DNA of 64,000 bases from Akkermansia muciniphila (GTDB lineage: Bacteria; Verrucomicrobiota; Verrucomicrobiia; Limisphaerales; SIAT01): contig CAMDJP010000008.1 in the NCBI GenBank assembly GCA_945900775.1, forward strand, positions 5,296-69,295. The letters run 5' to 3'. How positions within the stretch are numbered: position 1 is the first letter of the stretch; each line of letters opens with the position of its first letter. A program made the translations under genes and the position numbers. Under the pieces are notes generated by a model. It was given only the letters and a program-made list of their open reading frames with translations, was not told where the DNA came from and searched no databases. Below, in pieces: positions 1 to 8,642 of the stretch.

Positions 1-1591
1 GCTTCAGGACATCGAGCGAGTGGAGGTGGTGCGCGGCGGCAGTTCGACAATCTACGGCGAGGGCGCCATCGGCGGCGTGGTGAACATCATCACAAAAAGC
101 GCCACGCGGCCCTTCGGCGGCGGGGCATCGTTGGCGGGCGGTAATTTGGGCTACTATGCCGCCCATGCTGAGGCGAGCGGCGTCACGAACCAATACAGTT
201 ACCGTCTCAGTCTCGACCGGAAGGAATGGGGCGGTTGGCGTGAAGGGACGGCTTTCCGGGAATGGAAGCTCGCCTTCAAACCATCGGTCGAGACACGCGC
301 TGGCAAGCTCACATTGAACTACTGGTACAGCGAGGCGTACAGCGAGACGCCCGGCACACTCAACCAAGCGCAGTACAACCAGAACCCCCAGCAACTGGAC
401 GCCTCCAAGCTCACGATGTATGAGCACACTCGCCACCACGCATCGCTCGACTTCACAAAGGAATTTAGCCCGCAGCTGTCGTTCCTCGCGCGGGTTCACG
501 GGCAGGATTATAGCTCGAAGAGCACAAGCCCCGGCTACAGCTACACAGCCAACAACAAGATGCCTGGCTTCGGCGGACTGGCGCAGTTGACGTACCGCGG
601 GGAGGTATGGGGCCGGGCCAACACCTTGGTCGTTGGCGGTGAAGCGGGTTTGCAAGACTACCATCAAACGAACAGCGGGACAGGTTCGCCACAGCGGGTG
701 GATTACTGGCAGGCTGGGCTATTTGTTCAGGACAATCTCGCGTTGACCGACCGCATCAAGCTTGGCGCGGGCGTTCGCTATGATCATCGTGATTATGCCA
801 TCAATACATTCAGTTATCCGCCACCGAATTTTAACGCCACGCCGGTTGCACTCGATCGCACGGCGAATGTCTGGAGCCCCAAGGCAACGCTCACTTATCA
901 GTTCACGCCGAGTTCGGAGTCGTGGGTCTCGTTCTCGCGGGCTTACCGGCTGCCGACCGGTGATGATCTACTGTCGGGGCATGCCGCGTTTTTTCCAAAT
1001 CCACACCTTGCCCCTACTGACGCCAAAACCATCGAGCTGGGATGGCGCTTCCGTGAAGCGGCTGGATGGAACGGAAGCCTGTCGGGCTACTATAGCCGCG
1101 TGAAGGACGATCTCTCGTTCGATAATCTGACTTTTCAAAACATCAACCTCGACACCATCAAGTCGGGAGTCGAGCTGTCTCTCGACACGCGCCCGACCGA
1201 GTGGCTCGGCTTGTTTCTCAATGGTGCCTACACGAGCGCCCTCATTGACGGTGGAACTTATAACAGTAAACGACTGCCGTGGGTGGCTGAGTGGCAAGCG
1301 ACCGTTGCTGCGGAAATCTACTTCACACGCAACTGGACGTGGCGCACGGAGCTGGAATACGTCGCGAACCAAGTCCCGTTGAACGATCTCAATAACGTGC
1401 TCGGCGGAAATTACTATACCGTGGTGAACACGAAGTTGCGTTACCGCTTGGAAAATCTCTCAGCATTTGTCTCGCTGGCGAATCTGGCGGACACCCGCTA
1501 CGAGCAGGCTGCCACATCCAACGGGGCAACACGGTCGTTTTATCCGGCTCCCGGACGAAGTGTCGTCGCCGGCTTAGAATACAACTTCTAG
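1..1591 (+). CDS. TonB-dependent outer-membrane receptor (5' end lies upstream of the window)
   Basis: The ORF is open to the window edge. The translation carries the plug-region motif EVVRGGSSTIYGEGAIGGVVNIITK, then a long beta-rich region ending in the terminal aromatic ...VAGLEYNF typical of TonB-dependent receptor barrels. Confidence 0.85.
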   Translation, partial: LQDIERVEVVRGGSSTIYGEGAIGGVVNIITKSATRPFGGGASLAGGNLGYYAAHAEASGVTNQYSYRLSLDRKEWGGWREGTAFREWKLAFKPSVETRAGKLTLNYWYSEAYSETPGTLNQAQYNQNPQQLDASKLTMYEHTRHHASLDFTKEFSPQLSFLARVHGQDYSSKSTSPGYSYTANNKMPGFGGLAQLTYRGEVWGRANTLVVGGEAGLQDYHQTNSGTGSPQRVDYWQAGLFVQDNLALTDRIKLGAGVRYDHRDYAINTFSYPPPNFNATPVALDRTANVWSPKATLTYQFTPSSESWVSFSRAYRLPTGDDLLSGHAAFFPNPHLAPTDAKTIELGWRFREAAGWNGSLSGYYSRVKDDLSFDNLTFQNINLDTIKSGVELSLDTRPTEWLGLFLNGAYTSALIDGGTYNSKRLPWVAEWQATVAAEIYFTRNWTWRTELEYVANQVPLNDLNNVLGGNYYTVVNTKLRYRLENLSAFVSLANLADTRYEQAATSNGATRSFYPAPGRSVVAGLEYNF

Positions 1592-1602
1592 CCGCCGACT
1601 CG

Positions 1603-2991
1603 TTACGCGCCAACTTGGCGCTTGATGGCGTCGCAGATTTGGGACGACCACTTTTCGAGCACCGCCGCGTCGCGGCCTTCGATGAGCAGACGGGCCTTCG
1701 GCTCAGTGCCGGAGTAGCGCAGCAACACGCGTCCGCCGGAGGGCTTCACCGCCGCCTCGGCCTGTGCGACGAGCGCCAGCACGCCGTCGAGTTGCTCGAA
1801 CGGCCGCTTCTCGCGTACGCGTACGTTGGTGACGAGTTGCGGATAGCGTGTCCAGCAACGAGCCAATTGCGAGAGCGGCTGCCCCTTCGCCTTCATAATG
1901 CGCAGCATCTGAAGCGCGCTCACGAGACCGTCGCCGGTGGTCGAGTGGTCGAGGAAAATCATGTGGCCGCTCTGTTCCCCGCCAAGGTTGAAGCCGCCGC
2001 GCACCATTGCATCGATCACGTTCTTGTCGCCCACGGCAGTGCGGATGATTCGGCCGCCAGCGGCGGTGACGGCAACGTCTAGCCCCGCGTTGCTCATCAC
2101 GGTGGAGACGAGCGTGTTGTTCGCGAGCGTGCCGTTCGCGAGCATGTCGAGCGCGGCGATGGCCATAATGTCGTCACCGTCAATGAGCGCGCCGGTCTCG
2201 TCGCAGAGGATGAGGCGGTCGGCATCGCCGTCGTGAGCGATGCCGAGGTGAGCGTGGTGTTCACGGACCTTGGCGCACATCAGCTCCGGGTGCATCGAGC
2301 CGCAATCGAGGTTGATGTTCGTTCCGTTGGGCTGGTTGCCGTACACGAAGACCTCGGCGCCGAGTTCGCGTAGGACGCAGGGGCTAGCCTTGTAGGCCGC
2401 GCCGTTGCCGCAATCCACGACGATACGCAGACCGTCGAGCGTGAGACCGCGGGGAAAGCTATTCTTGGCGTATTCGATGTAACGGCCGAGGGCGTCGTCA
2501 ATACGGACAGCCTGGCCGATGGACCCAGCGGTGGGGCGGATGTTCTCGATTTCGCCGCTGAAGACCAGCCCCTCGATGCGTTCTTCGATGGCGTCGGCGA
2601 GCTTGTAGCCGTCCGGCCCGAAGAATTTGATGCCATTGTCGGGGTAGGGATTGTGCGAGGCGGTGATGACGATGCCGGCGTCGGCACGCAGGCTGCGGGT
2701 GACGTAGGCGACGCCGGGCGTGGGAAGCGGGCCGATGAACAGAACCTTCACGCCCATCGAGAGAATACCGGCGGAAAGGGCGTTCTCGAGCATGTAGCCG
2801 GAGAGTCGCGTGTCCTTGCCGATGACGATCTCGTGATGGCTACGGCTGTGATTGTGGTTGGCGAGTGTCTTGAAGACATGCGCCGCCGCACGGCCGAGCT
2901 TGAGAGCGGTCTCGGCGGTTACCGGCTCGATGTTGGCGGTGCCGCGGACACCATCGGTACCGAAGATTCTCGGCGTCTTGTCGCTGCTCAT
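1603..2991 (-). CDS. glmM: Phosphoglucosamine mutase
   Basis: 462 aa. N-terminal FGTDGVRGTAN and the phosphoserine loop ITASHNPYPDNGIKFFG are present, and length is typical for GlmM. The ATG overlaps the stop of the upstream micro-ORF (ATGA). Confidence 0.95.
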   Translation of the reverse strand: MSSDKTPRIFGTDGVRGTANIEPVTAETALKLGRAAAHVFKTLANHNHSRSHHEIVIGKDTRLSGYMLENALSAGILSMGVKVLFIGPLPTPGVAYVTRSLRADAGIVITASHNPYPDNGIKFFGPDGYKLADAIEERIEGLVFSGEIENIRPTAGSIGQAVRIDDALGRYIEYAKNSFPRGLTLDGLRIVVDCGNGAAYKASPCVLRELGAEVFVYGNQPNGTNINLDCGSMHPELMCAKVREHHAHLGIAHDGDADRLILCDETGALIDGDDIMAIAALDMLANGTLANNTLVSTVMSNAGLDVAVTAAGGRIIRTAVGDKNVIDAMVRGGFNLGGEQSGHMIFLDHSTTGDGLVSALQMLRIMKAKGQPLSQLARCWTRYPQLVTNVRVREKRPFEQLDGVLALVAQAEAAVKPSGGRVLLRYSGTEPKARLLIEGRDAAVLEKWSSQICDAIKRQVGA

Positions 2992-3167
2992 TTGGGTTTA
3001 ACGGGGGGGTTGTTGGTGGTTTTCTCCGGCACGGGTTCGCCCCGCTGCTCCTTCTGCAGGGAGACCTTCTGCAGAGGGATATAGATGGTGAACCACAGCA
3101 AAGTAGCCAGCCCCAGCGAGAGGAGCTTGAGCCAGAAATTATGGAAGAGCCAGCTGGGGTGAATCAT
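2988..3167 (-). CDS. 59-codon single-TM micro-protein at the CdaR (YbbR) position of the cdaA-glmM operon
   Basis: Hand-translated: MIHPSWLFHNFWLKLLSLGLATLLWFTIYIPLQKVSLQKEQRGEPVPEKTTNNPPVKPK. The ATG (3167-3165) directly abuts the cdaA stop (TAG 3170-3168) and the TGA overlaps the glmM ATG. It has one hydrophobic helix. It is absent from the supplied ORF track because it is below 60 aa. Confidence 0.5.
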   Translation of the reverse strand: MIHPSWLFHNFWLKLLSLGLATLLWFTIYIPLQKVSLQKEQRGEPVPEKTTNNPPVKPK

Positions 3168-4025
3168 CTATTTGTTCCCAAGTTTATCGTGAAGGGTGTC
3201 GGAAACGCTGTGGGCGGAGCCTTTGAGCTTCAGTAGTAACTGCGCGAGCAGGCCTTGCGGTTTCTCCGGACGGATAAGGAGCGACGAGAGGACCGCGCGC
3301 AGTTCCTCAATGGTCACGCCTTGCTTCAACTCGCCTTTGTGCGCGTACGAAATCGTGCCAGTCTCTTCGGAGACAGCGACCACAATGGCGTCCGACTCTT
3401 CGCTCAGGCCGATAGCCGCGCGGTGGCGGGTGCCAAGCGACTTGCTAAGGTCCTGCCGTGGCGTGAGGGGAAAGATGCAGGCAGCATGAGTGATGCGATC
3501 GCCTTTGAGGATTACCCCGCCATCGTGAATGGCGTTATTCGGAAAAAAGATTGTCTCGAGCATCTCGGGCGTGGCCTCGCAATCGACTGGGATGCCCGAC
3601 TCGACCAACTGCGGCAACGCGACCGTTTGCTCAATCGCGATCAGCGCGCCGATGCGCACCTCGGCCAAGCGCTCAGCGGTTTGCACCACCACCTCGATGT
3701 TTTCGCGCTGTTCCTGCGCGGTGACAAAAATCGGCAGGTTACCCAGTTCAGCCAGCAACCGGCGTAGTTCCGGTTGGAAGATGACGAGGGCGGCCACCGC
3801 GGAGAACGCGAAGAAGGCCTGCAGAAGCCAACTCAGAACCGGCAGTTCCAGCAGCTCGGTGAGGAGCGTGAGCGCGATCAACACAAGGAAGCCGACTACC
3901 ACCGGCCATCCGCGCGTGCGCTGGAGAAACGTGAAGGCGTAGTAGATAGCGACCGCGAGGACGAGGATCTCGACCACGGGCCGCCACAGCTTATAGATTA
4001 GATCTAGACCGTGCGCCCAGTTCAT
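3168..4025 (-). CDS. cdaA: Diadenylate cyclase (c-di-AMP synthase), membrane-anchored CdaA type
   Basis: 285 aa. Three N-terminal hydrophobic helices are followed by a DAC domain with HDGGVILKGDRITHAACIFPLT and GTRHRAAIGLSEESDAIVVAVSEETGTISYA. The ATG overlaps the folP stop (ATGA, 4022-4025). Confidence 0.9.
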   Translation of the reverse strand: MNWAHGLDLIYKLWRPVVEILVLAVAIYYAFTFLQRTRGWPVVVGFLVLIALTLLTELLELPVLSWLLQAFFAFSAVAALVIFQPELRRLLAELGNLPIFVTAQEQRENIEVVVQTAERLAEVRIGALIAIEQTVALPQLVESGIPVDCEATPEMLETIFFPNNAIHDGGVILKGDRITHAACIFPLTPRQDLSKSLGTRHRAAIGLSEESDAIVVAVSEETGTISYAHKGELKQGVTIEELRAVLSSLLIRPEKPQGLLAQLLLKLKGSAHSVSDTLHDKLGNK

Positions 4026-4864
4026 TGGTCGTGTTGTTTCAAAATTGCCTCCGTCATCCGTAGCGCCTGCACCGTCTCGGCCACGTCATGAGTCCGGATG
4101 ATATTCACACCCTCCTCCACCGCCCAGCAGGCGCAGGCCAAACCCGCCGGCATGCGTTGAGCCGTCTCCACTCCGAGCAGTTTTCCGATGAACGACTTGC
4201 GGGAAACGCCGAGCACCAACGGGCATTGCAACTTTGTAAAGCGGCGTAACGAAGCGAGCAACTGCAAATTGTGCTCGGGCGTCTTTCCGAAACCGATGCC
4301 GACATCGAACGCGACCTGCTCGGGCGCTACACCCGCACTTCGGAGCCGCTCTAGCCGCTCCACGAAGAACGCCTCGACCTCGGCGGTGACGTCGGCATAG
4401 CTCGGCGCGGTCTGCATCGTCTGCGGCCCGCCTTGCATGTGCATCGCGACGTAGCCGGCGCCAGTCTGCGCGAGCACACGCCACATCAGGTCGTCAGTGC
4501 GGTTGGCGGCGATGTCGTTCACGATGCTCGCACCGGCGTCGAGCGCAGCGCGGGCCACGGCAGGTTTCTGTGTGTCAATCGAGAGAGGAATCTTTGATTG
4601 AGATACCAAGCGTTTAATGACCGGCAGCACGCGGCGCAGTTCTTCCTCCTCGGGCACGTGGGCTGCGCCAGGCCGAGTGGATTCACCACCAATATCGAGA
4701 ATCTCCGCCCCTTCAGCCAACAACCGCAGTGCGTGTTCCACCGCCGTGTCGGCATCGATGAATCTCCCACCATCGGAGAAAGAATCGGGCGTCACGTTGA
4801 CAATCCCCATGACCACCGCGGGCCGGGGGAAGGTGAACTCGAACTGGCGCGCGCGCCAAAGCAT
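4022..4864 (-). CDS. folP: Dihydropteroate synthase
   Basis: 280 aa. Pterin-binding motifs GIVNVTPDSFSDGG and DIGGESTRPGA are present, with a typical C-terminal IIRTHDV. Confidence 0.93.
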   Translation of the reverse strand: MLWRARQFEFTFPRPAVVMGIVNVTPDSFSDGGRFIDADTAVEHALRLLAEGAEILDIGGESTRPGAAHVPEEEELRRVLPVIKRLVSQSKIPLSIDTQKPAVARAALDAGASIVNDIAANRTDDLMWRVLAQTGAGYVAMHMQGGPQTMQTAPSYADVTAEVEAFFVERLERLRSAGVAPEQVAFDVGIGFGKTPEHNLQLLASLRRFTKLQCPLVLGVSRKSFIGKLLGVETAQRMPAGLACACWAVEEGVNIIRTHDVAETVQALRMTEAILKQHDQ

Positions 4865-4870
4865 ACGGCA

Positions 4871-5278
4871 TCAGTAGCCGGCGGCGCCGGCGTGCTTTGC
4901 CGGCTGGATCAGTTCGATCTCGTAGCCCTCGGGCGCATCGATGAAAGCGAAGCCCCCGCCGCTCTCTCGCATCGTCGGGCCGTCGGAGTATTTCAGGTCG
5001 TGCGCGGCGAGGTGTTTACCGAAATCCTCGAGGCTGTCCACTTCGAAGGCCAGATGCGTCAGATCAGACTGTACCTGCACAGGGCCGCTGGCGGGGAAGG
5101 AGCAGATCTCAATCAGCTCCTCGCTCTGCGGCGTCTTGAGGAAGGCCAACTCGGAACCACGCGGCGACTTGTGCCGGCGCACCTCCGTTAGCCCAAGGAT
5201 TTCGCGGTAGAATTTCACCGTGCGCTCGAGGTCGTTGACGCGATAACGGGTGTGGAGGAGTTTCTTGGCCAGACTCAT
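4871..5278 (-). CDS. VOC-family glyoxalase I-like protein (lactoylglutathione lyase-like)
   Basis: I chose the start MSLAKKLLHTRYRVNDLERTVKFYREILGL (ATG at 5278) rather than the track's 5314. The pattern LHTxxRVxDLxRxxxFY ... GYxIELIQ matches glyoxalase I-type VOC proteins. Confidence 0.7.
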   Translation of the reverse strand: MSLAKKLLHTRYRVNDLERTVKFYREILGLTEVRRHKSPRGSELAFLKTPQSEELIEICSFPASGPVQVQSDLTHLAFEVDSLEDFGKHLAAHDLKYSDGPTMRESGGGFAFIDAPEGYEIELIQPAKHAGAAGY

Positions 5279-5383
5279 GAATGCAGGATAGCGGCGCGGC
5301 GCGGCGCAAGGCAACCGTGCAAATCGCTTGCCCGCGCGCGCTGATTCAGCGATAGAGCGGGAGCGATTTTCGGTTGCACAACT

Positions 5384-7300
5384 ATGAAGTCATTGTTCAC
5401 CTTATTTCTCACCGCGTTCACGGTGAACGCCGCGGTGCCGGCCAATCTCGTGGTGGAAGGCGTGCCGCCGATTCCCGACACGCTGCGCAGCAACGTGGCG
5501 CGATACCTCGCGTTTCGTCCGACGACCTTCACCGGCTGGCATCCGCTCCGGCGGGAGATGCTGGTCACCACGCGAACGAACGGCGTGGCGCAGCTTTGCC
5601 TCGTTGCCGAACCTGGTGCGGTACCGCGCCCATTGACGCACGGAACCGAGCCGGTGGCTGGCGGGGCGTTCCAGCCGACGCGCGGTGACTACGCGGTGTT
5701 CCTGCGCGACAAAGGCGGCAACGAGTTTTACCAGCTTTACCGGCTCGATCTCGCCGACGGGAAAGAGACGTTGCTGACCGACGGCAAGTCGCGCAACACC
5801 GGCGCGCGTTGGTCAAATGGCGGCAGGTGGCTGGCCTACATGTCCACGCGCCGTAACGGCAAGGACACCGACCTTTACGTGATTGATCCGCGCGATCCGA
5901 AGAGTGACCGGCGCGTGGTAGAGTTGAAAGGCGGCGGCTGGTTCGTCGAAGACTGGGCACCGGACGACTCGGCGATTCTGCTGAAGGAATACGTTTCTGC
6001 GAACGAGAGCCATCTGCACGGAGTTTCCGTCGATCGCGGTGCAATGGTCCGGCTCACCCCTAAGTCGGACGAGAAGGTGGCTTATGGTCCGTCGCGTTAT
6101 TCCCGGGATGGCAAAGGAATCTTCACCACCAGCGACGAGGACGCGGAGTTCCAGCAACTCATCCGCATCGACTTGAATTCCCTCCGCCGCACACAACTGC
6201 TCCGCGGCGTGAAGTGGGATGTCGAGGAACTCGCGCCTTCGCCGGATGGCAAGCGACTCGCGTATCTCACGAACGAGGACGCCGTGAGCGTCCTTCACCT
6301 GCTCGATTTGCGCGATGGCGCGCGGCTAGCGAACCCACAACTGCCGGCGATGGGAGTCATCTCCGGTCTCCGCTGGCACGCGGGCGGAACGGAGTTGGCG
6401 TTTAATCTCAGCTCGGCACGTTCCCCGCAGGACGCCTTCTCGTTGGAGGTGCAGACGAATAAAAGCGAGCGGTGGACACAGGCAGGTAAAGGTGAGCCCG
6501 ACGCGGGTCGATTCGTGCAGCCGTCGCTGGAGAAGCCGATGAGCTTCGACGGTCAAGCCATCTCTGCCATCGTGTACCGGCCTGACGAGAAAAAGTTTTC
6601 CGGCCCACGACCGGTGTTGATGATTATCCACGGCGGGCCGGAGGGCCAGTCGCGCCCCGGGTTTCTAGGCCGCTACAACTATTTCCTCAATGAACTTGGC
6701 ATCGCGTTGGTGTTCCCGAACGTGCGCGGCTCAGCCGGTTACGGGAAGAAGTTCCTCGCGCTCGACAACGGCATGAAACGGCTCGACGCGGTACATGACT
6801 TGGCGACAATCATGAACGGCATCCGCAACGATCCCAGCCTCGACGGCGGGCGCGTCGGGGTGATGGGCGGTAGCTATGGAGGTTATATGACGCTGGCGGC
6901 GATGGTCGAGTTCAACAGCTTTCTGCGCTGTGGTGTAGACATCGTGGGCATCTCGAACTTCGTCACCTTCCTCCAGAACACGCAGGATTATCGGCGCGAC
7001 CTCCGCCGTGTTGAGTATGGCGACGAGCGCGACCCGCAGATGCGCGCCTTCCTCGAGAAAATCTCACCGCTCAACAACGTGAAGAAGATCTCTCGTCCGC
7101 TCTTCATCGTGCAGGGTGCGAATGACCCGCGTGTGCCTCTCTCTGAAGCGGAACAGATGCTGCGGGCGCTGAAGGAAAACAAAGTGCCGGCGTGGTATCT
7201 GATGGCGAAGGACGAGGGCCACGGCTTCGCTAAGCAGGCGAACGCGGACTACCAGTTCCTCGCCACCGTCCTCTTCCTGCAGGAGCACCTGCTCAAGTAG
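5384..7300 (+). CDS. Secreted S9-family serine peptidase (beta-propeller + alpha/beta hydrolase)
   Basis: 638 aa with an N-terminal signal-like MKSLFTLFLTAFTVNAAV and a TolB/DPP-like propeller region. The C-terminal hydrolase carries the nucleophile elbow GGSYGGYM, then GANDPRVP and DEGHGF (Ser-Asp-His order of S9 peptidases). Confidence 0.85.
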   Translation: MKSLFTLFLTAFTVNAAVPANLVVEGVPPIPDTLRSNVARYLAFRPTTFTGWHPLRREMLVTTRTNGVAQLCLVAEPGAVPRPLTHGTEPVAGGAFQPTRGDYAVFLRDKGGNEFYQLYRLDLADGKETLLTDGKSRNTGARWSNGGRWLAYMSTRRNGKDTDLYVIDPRDPKSDRRVVELKGGGWFVEDWAPDDSAILLKEYVSANESHLHGVSVDRGAMVRLTPKSDEKVAYGPSRYSRDGKGIFTTSDEDAEFQQLIRIDLNSLRRTQLLRGVKWDVEELAPSPDGKRLAYLTNEDAVSVLHLLDLRDGARLANPQLPAMGVISGLRWHAGGTELAFNLSSARSPQDAFSLEVQTNKSERWTQAGKGEPDAGRFVQPSLEKPMSFDGQAISAIVYRPDEKKFSGPRPVLMIIHGGPEGQSRPGFLGRYNYFLNELGIALVFPNVRGSAGYGKKFLALDNGMKRLDAVHDLATIMNGIRNDPSLDGGRVGVMGGSYGGYMTLAAMVEFNSFLRCGVDIVGISNFVTFLQNTQDYRRDLRRVEYGDERDPQMRAFLEKISPLNNVKKISRPLFIVQGANDPRVPLSEAEQMLRALKENKVPAWYLMAKDEGHGFAKQANADYQFLATVLFLQEHLLK

Positions 7301-7383
7301 CGGCGGTCAACCTCGACTTTTTGACTCGCCAAACGAGTTCGCTGGAGGAGAATCCTGGTGGCCTTTCAGCCAGTCCGTCGGCT

Positions 7384-8496
7384 ATGAAATTGAAAGAGAA
7401 ACTCACGCTACCATCGCGTCACTTTGCCAGCGACAACTACGCCGGCATTTGCCCGGAGGCATGGGATGCCTTGGCCGAGGCGAACCGCAACCATGCGCCC
7501 GGTTACGGCGATGATAAATGGACGACTCAGGCCGCCGATCTGATCCGTGATTTATTCGAAACGAAGTGCGAGGTCTTCTTCGTTTTCAACGGCACGGCCG
7601 CTAATTCTCTCTCGCTCGCCTCCACCTGCCAGAGTTACCATAGCATTCTTTGTCATCGGCTCGCGCATGTGGAGAACGACGAGTGCGGCGCCCCGGAATT
7701 CTTCTCGAACGGCACCAAGGTGCTCCTGCTCGACGGACCGGATGGCAAGCTGACACCCGAGGAAATTACCCGCGCGGTGCGCCGCCGTACGGACATTCAT
7801 TTTCCAAAGGCCCGCTCCGTCTCCGTCACACAGGCTACCGAGTGCGGCACGGTGTACGCGCCGGACGAATTGGCGGCCATCGGTCGTGCTACGCGGCGGC
7901 TCGGGCTGAAGCTGCACATGGATGGCGCGCGCTTCGCCAACGCCATCGCGCATCTCAACGTGAAGCCTAAGGAAGTCACGTGGAAAGCGGGCGTTGACGT
8001 GCTCTGCTTCGGCGCGACCAAGAACGGCTCGTCCCTCGGCGAGGCGGTGGTGTTCTTCAACCGTGCGATGGCGCAGGAGTTCGATTATCGGTGCAAACAG
8101 GCCGGTCAGCTCGCGAGCAAGATGCGCTTCCTGTCCGCGCCATGGGTCGGGATGCTACACGGTGGCGCGTGGCTGCGGCACGCTGCGCACGCGAACCGCA
8201 TGGCCGCCTTGTTGCATGAGAAGCTGCGGGCACTGCCACCGGTGAAGATTCTTTTTCCGCGGCAAGCCAACGCTGTTTTTGCCGAACTGCCGCAGGAAGT
8301 TATCGCCGGGCTGCGTGCGCGCGGTTGGAAGTTCTACACCTTCATCGGCGAGAGTGGTTGCCGATTCATGTGCTCGTGGGACACTACGGCTTCGGATGTA
8401 GATGGGTTCGCTGCGGACATCGCTGCGTTGCTGGCAGGCACGATGAAGAGTCCTCGCACGAAGCTGCGGCGTGTATCCAGCCGGCAGTCAAATTGA
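7384..8496 (+). CDS. PLP-dependent threonine aldolase / beta-eliminating lyase family protein
   Basis: The ATG at 7384 (MKLKEKLTLPSRHFASDNYAG...) is preferred over the track's TTG at 7321. The pattern FASDNYAGxxPE ... NGTAANSL ... AHVENDECGAPE ... GATKNG is typical of low-specificity threonine aldolases. Confidence 0.75.
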   Translation: MKLKEKLTLPSRHFASDNYAGICPEAWDALAEANRNHAPGYGDDKWTTQAADLIRDLFETKCEVFFVFNGTAANSLSLASTCQSYHSILCHRLAHVENDECGAPEFFSNGTKVLLLDGPDGKLTPEEITRAVRRRTDIHFPKARSVSVTQATECGTVYAPDELAAIGRATRRLGLKLHMDGARFANAIAHLNVKPKEVTWKAGVDVLCFGATKNGSSLGEAVVFFNRAMAQEFDYRCKQAGQLASKMRFLSAPWVGMLHGGAWLRHAAHANRMAALLHEKLRALPPVKILFPRQANAVFAELPQEVIAGLRARGWKFYTFIGESGCRFMCSWDTTASDVDGFAADIAALLAGTMKSPRTKLRRVSSRQSN

Positions 8497-8642
8497 GCCT
8501 ACGCTCGACCTTCCACGGTAAACGCAAGGCGCTCATTTTTCAACGCCGATCTGTGCGCCTCAAGTGGGATACAGGGTGCGCCGAGGGAAAAAGTCGCGAA
8601 GCGAACTGAAGCTAAGCGCGCGTAGCGCACCATCACCAGCGC

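Noticed and set aside
8497-8642. A possible bidirectional terminator between the convergent threonine aldolase and 1195-aa genes.
   Set aside because: Only short imperfect GC stems are present (e.g. GGCG...CGCC with a 12-nt loop; repeated GTGCGCC is direct, not inverted). There is no convincing hairpin or U-tract.
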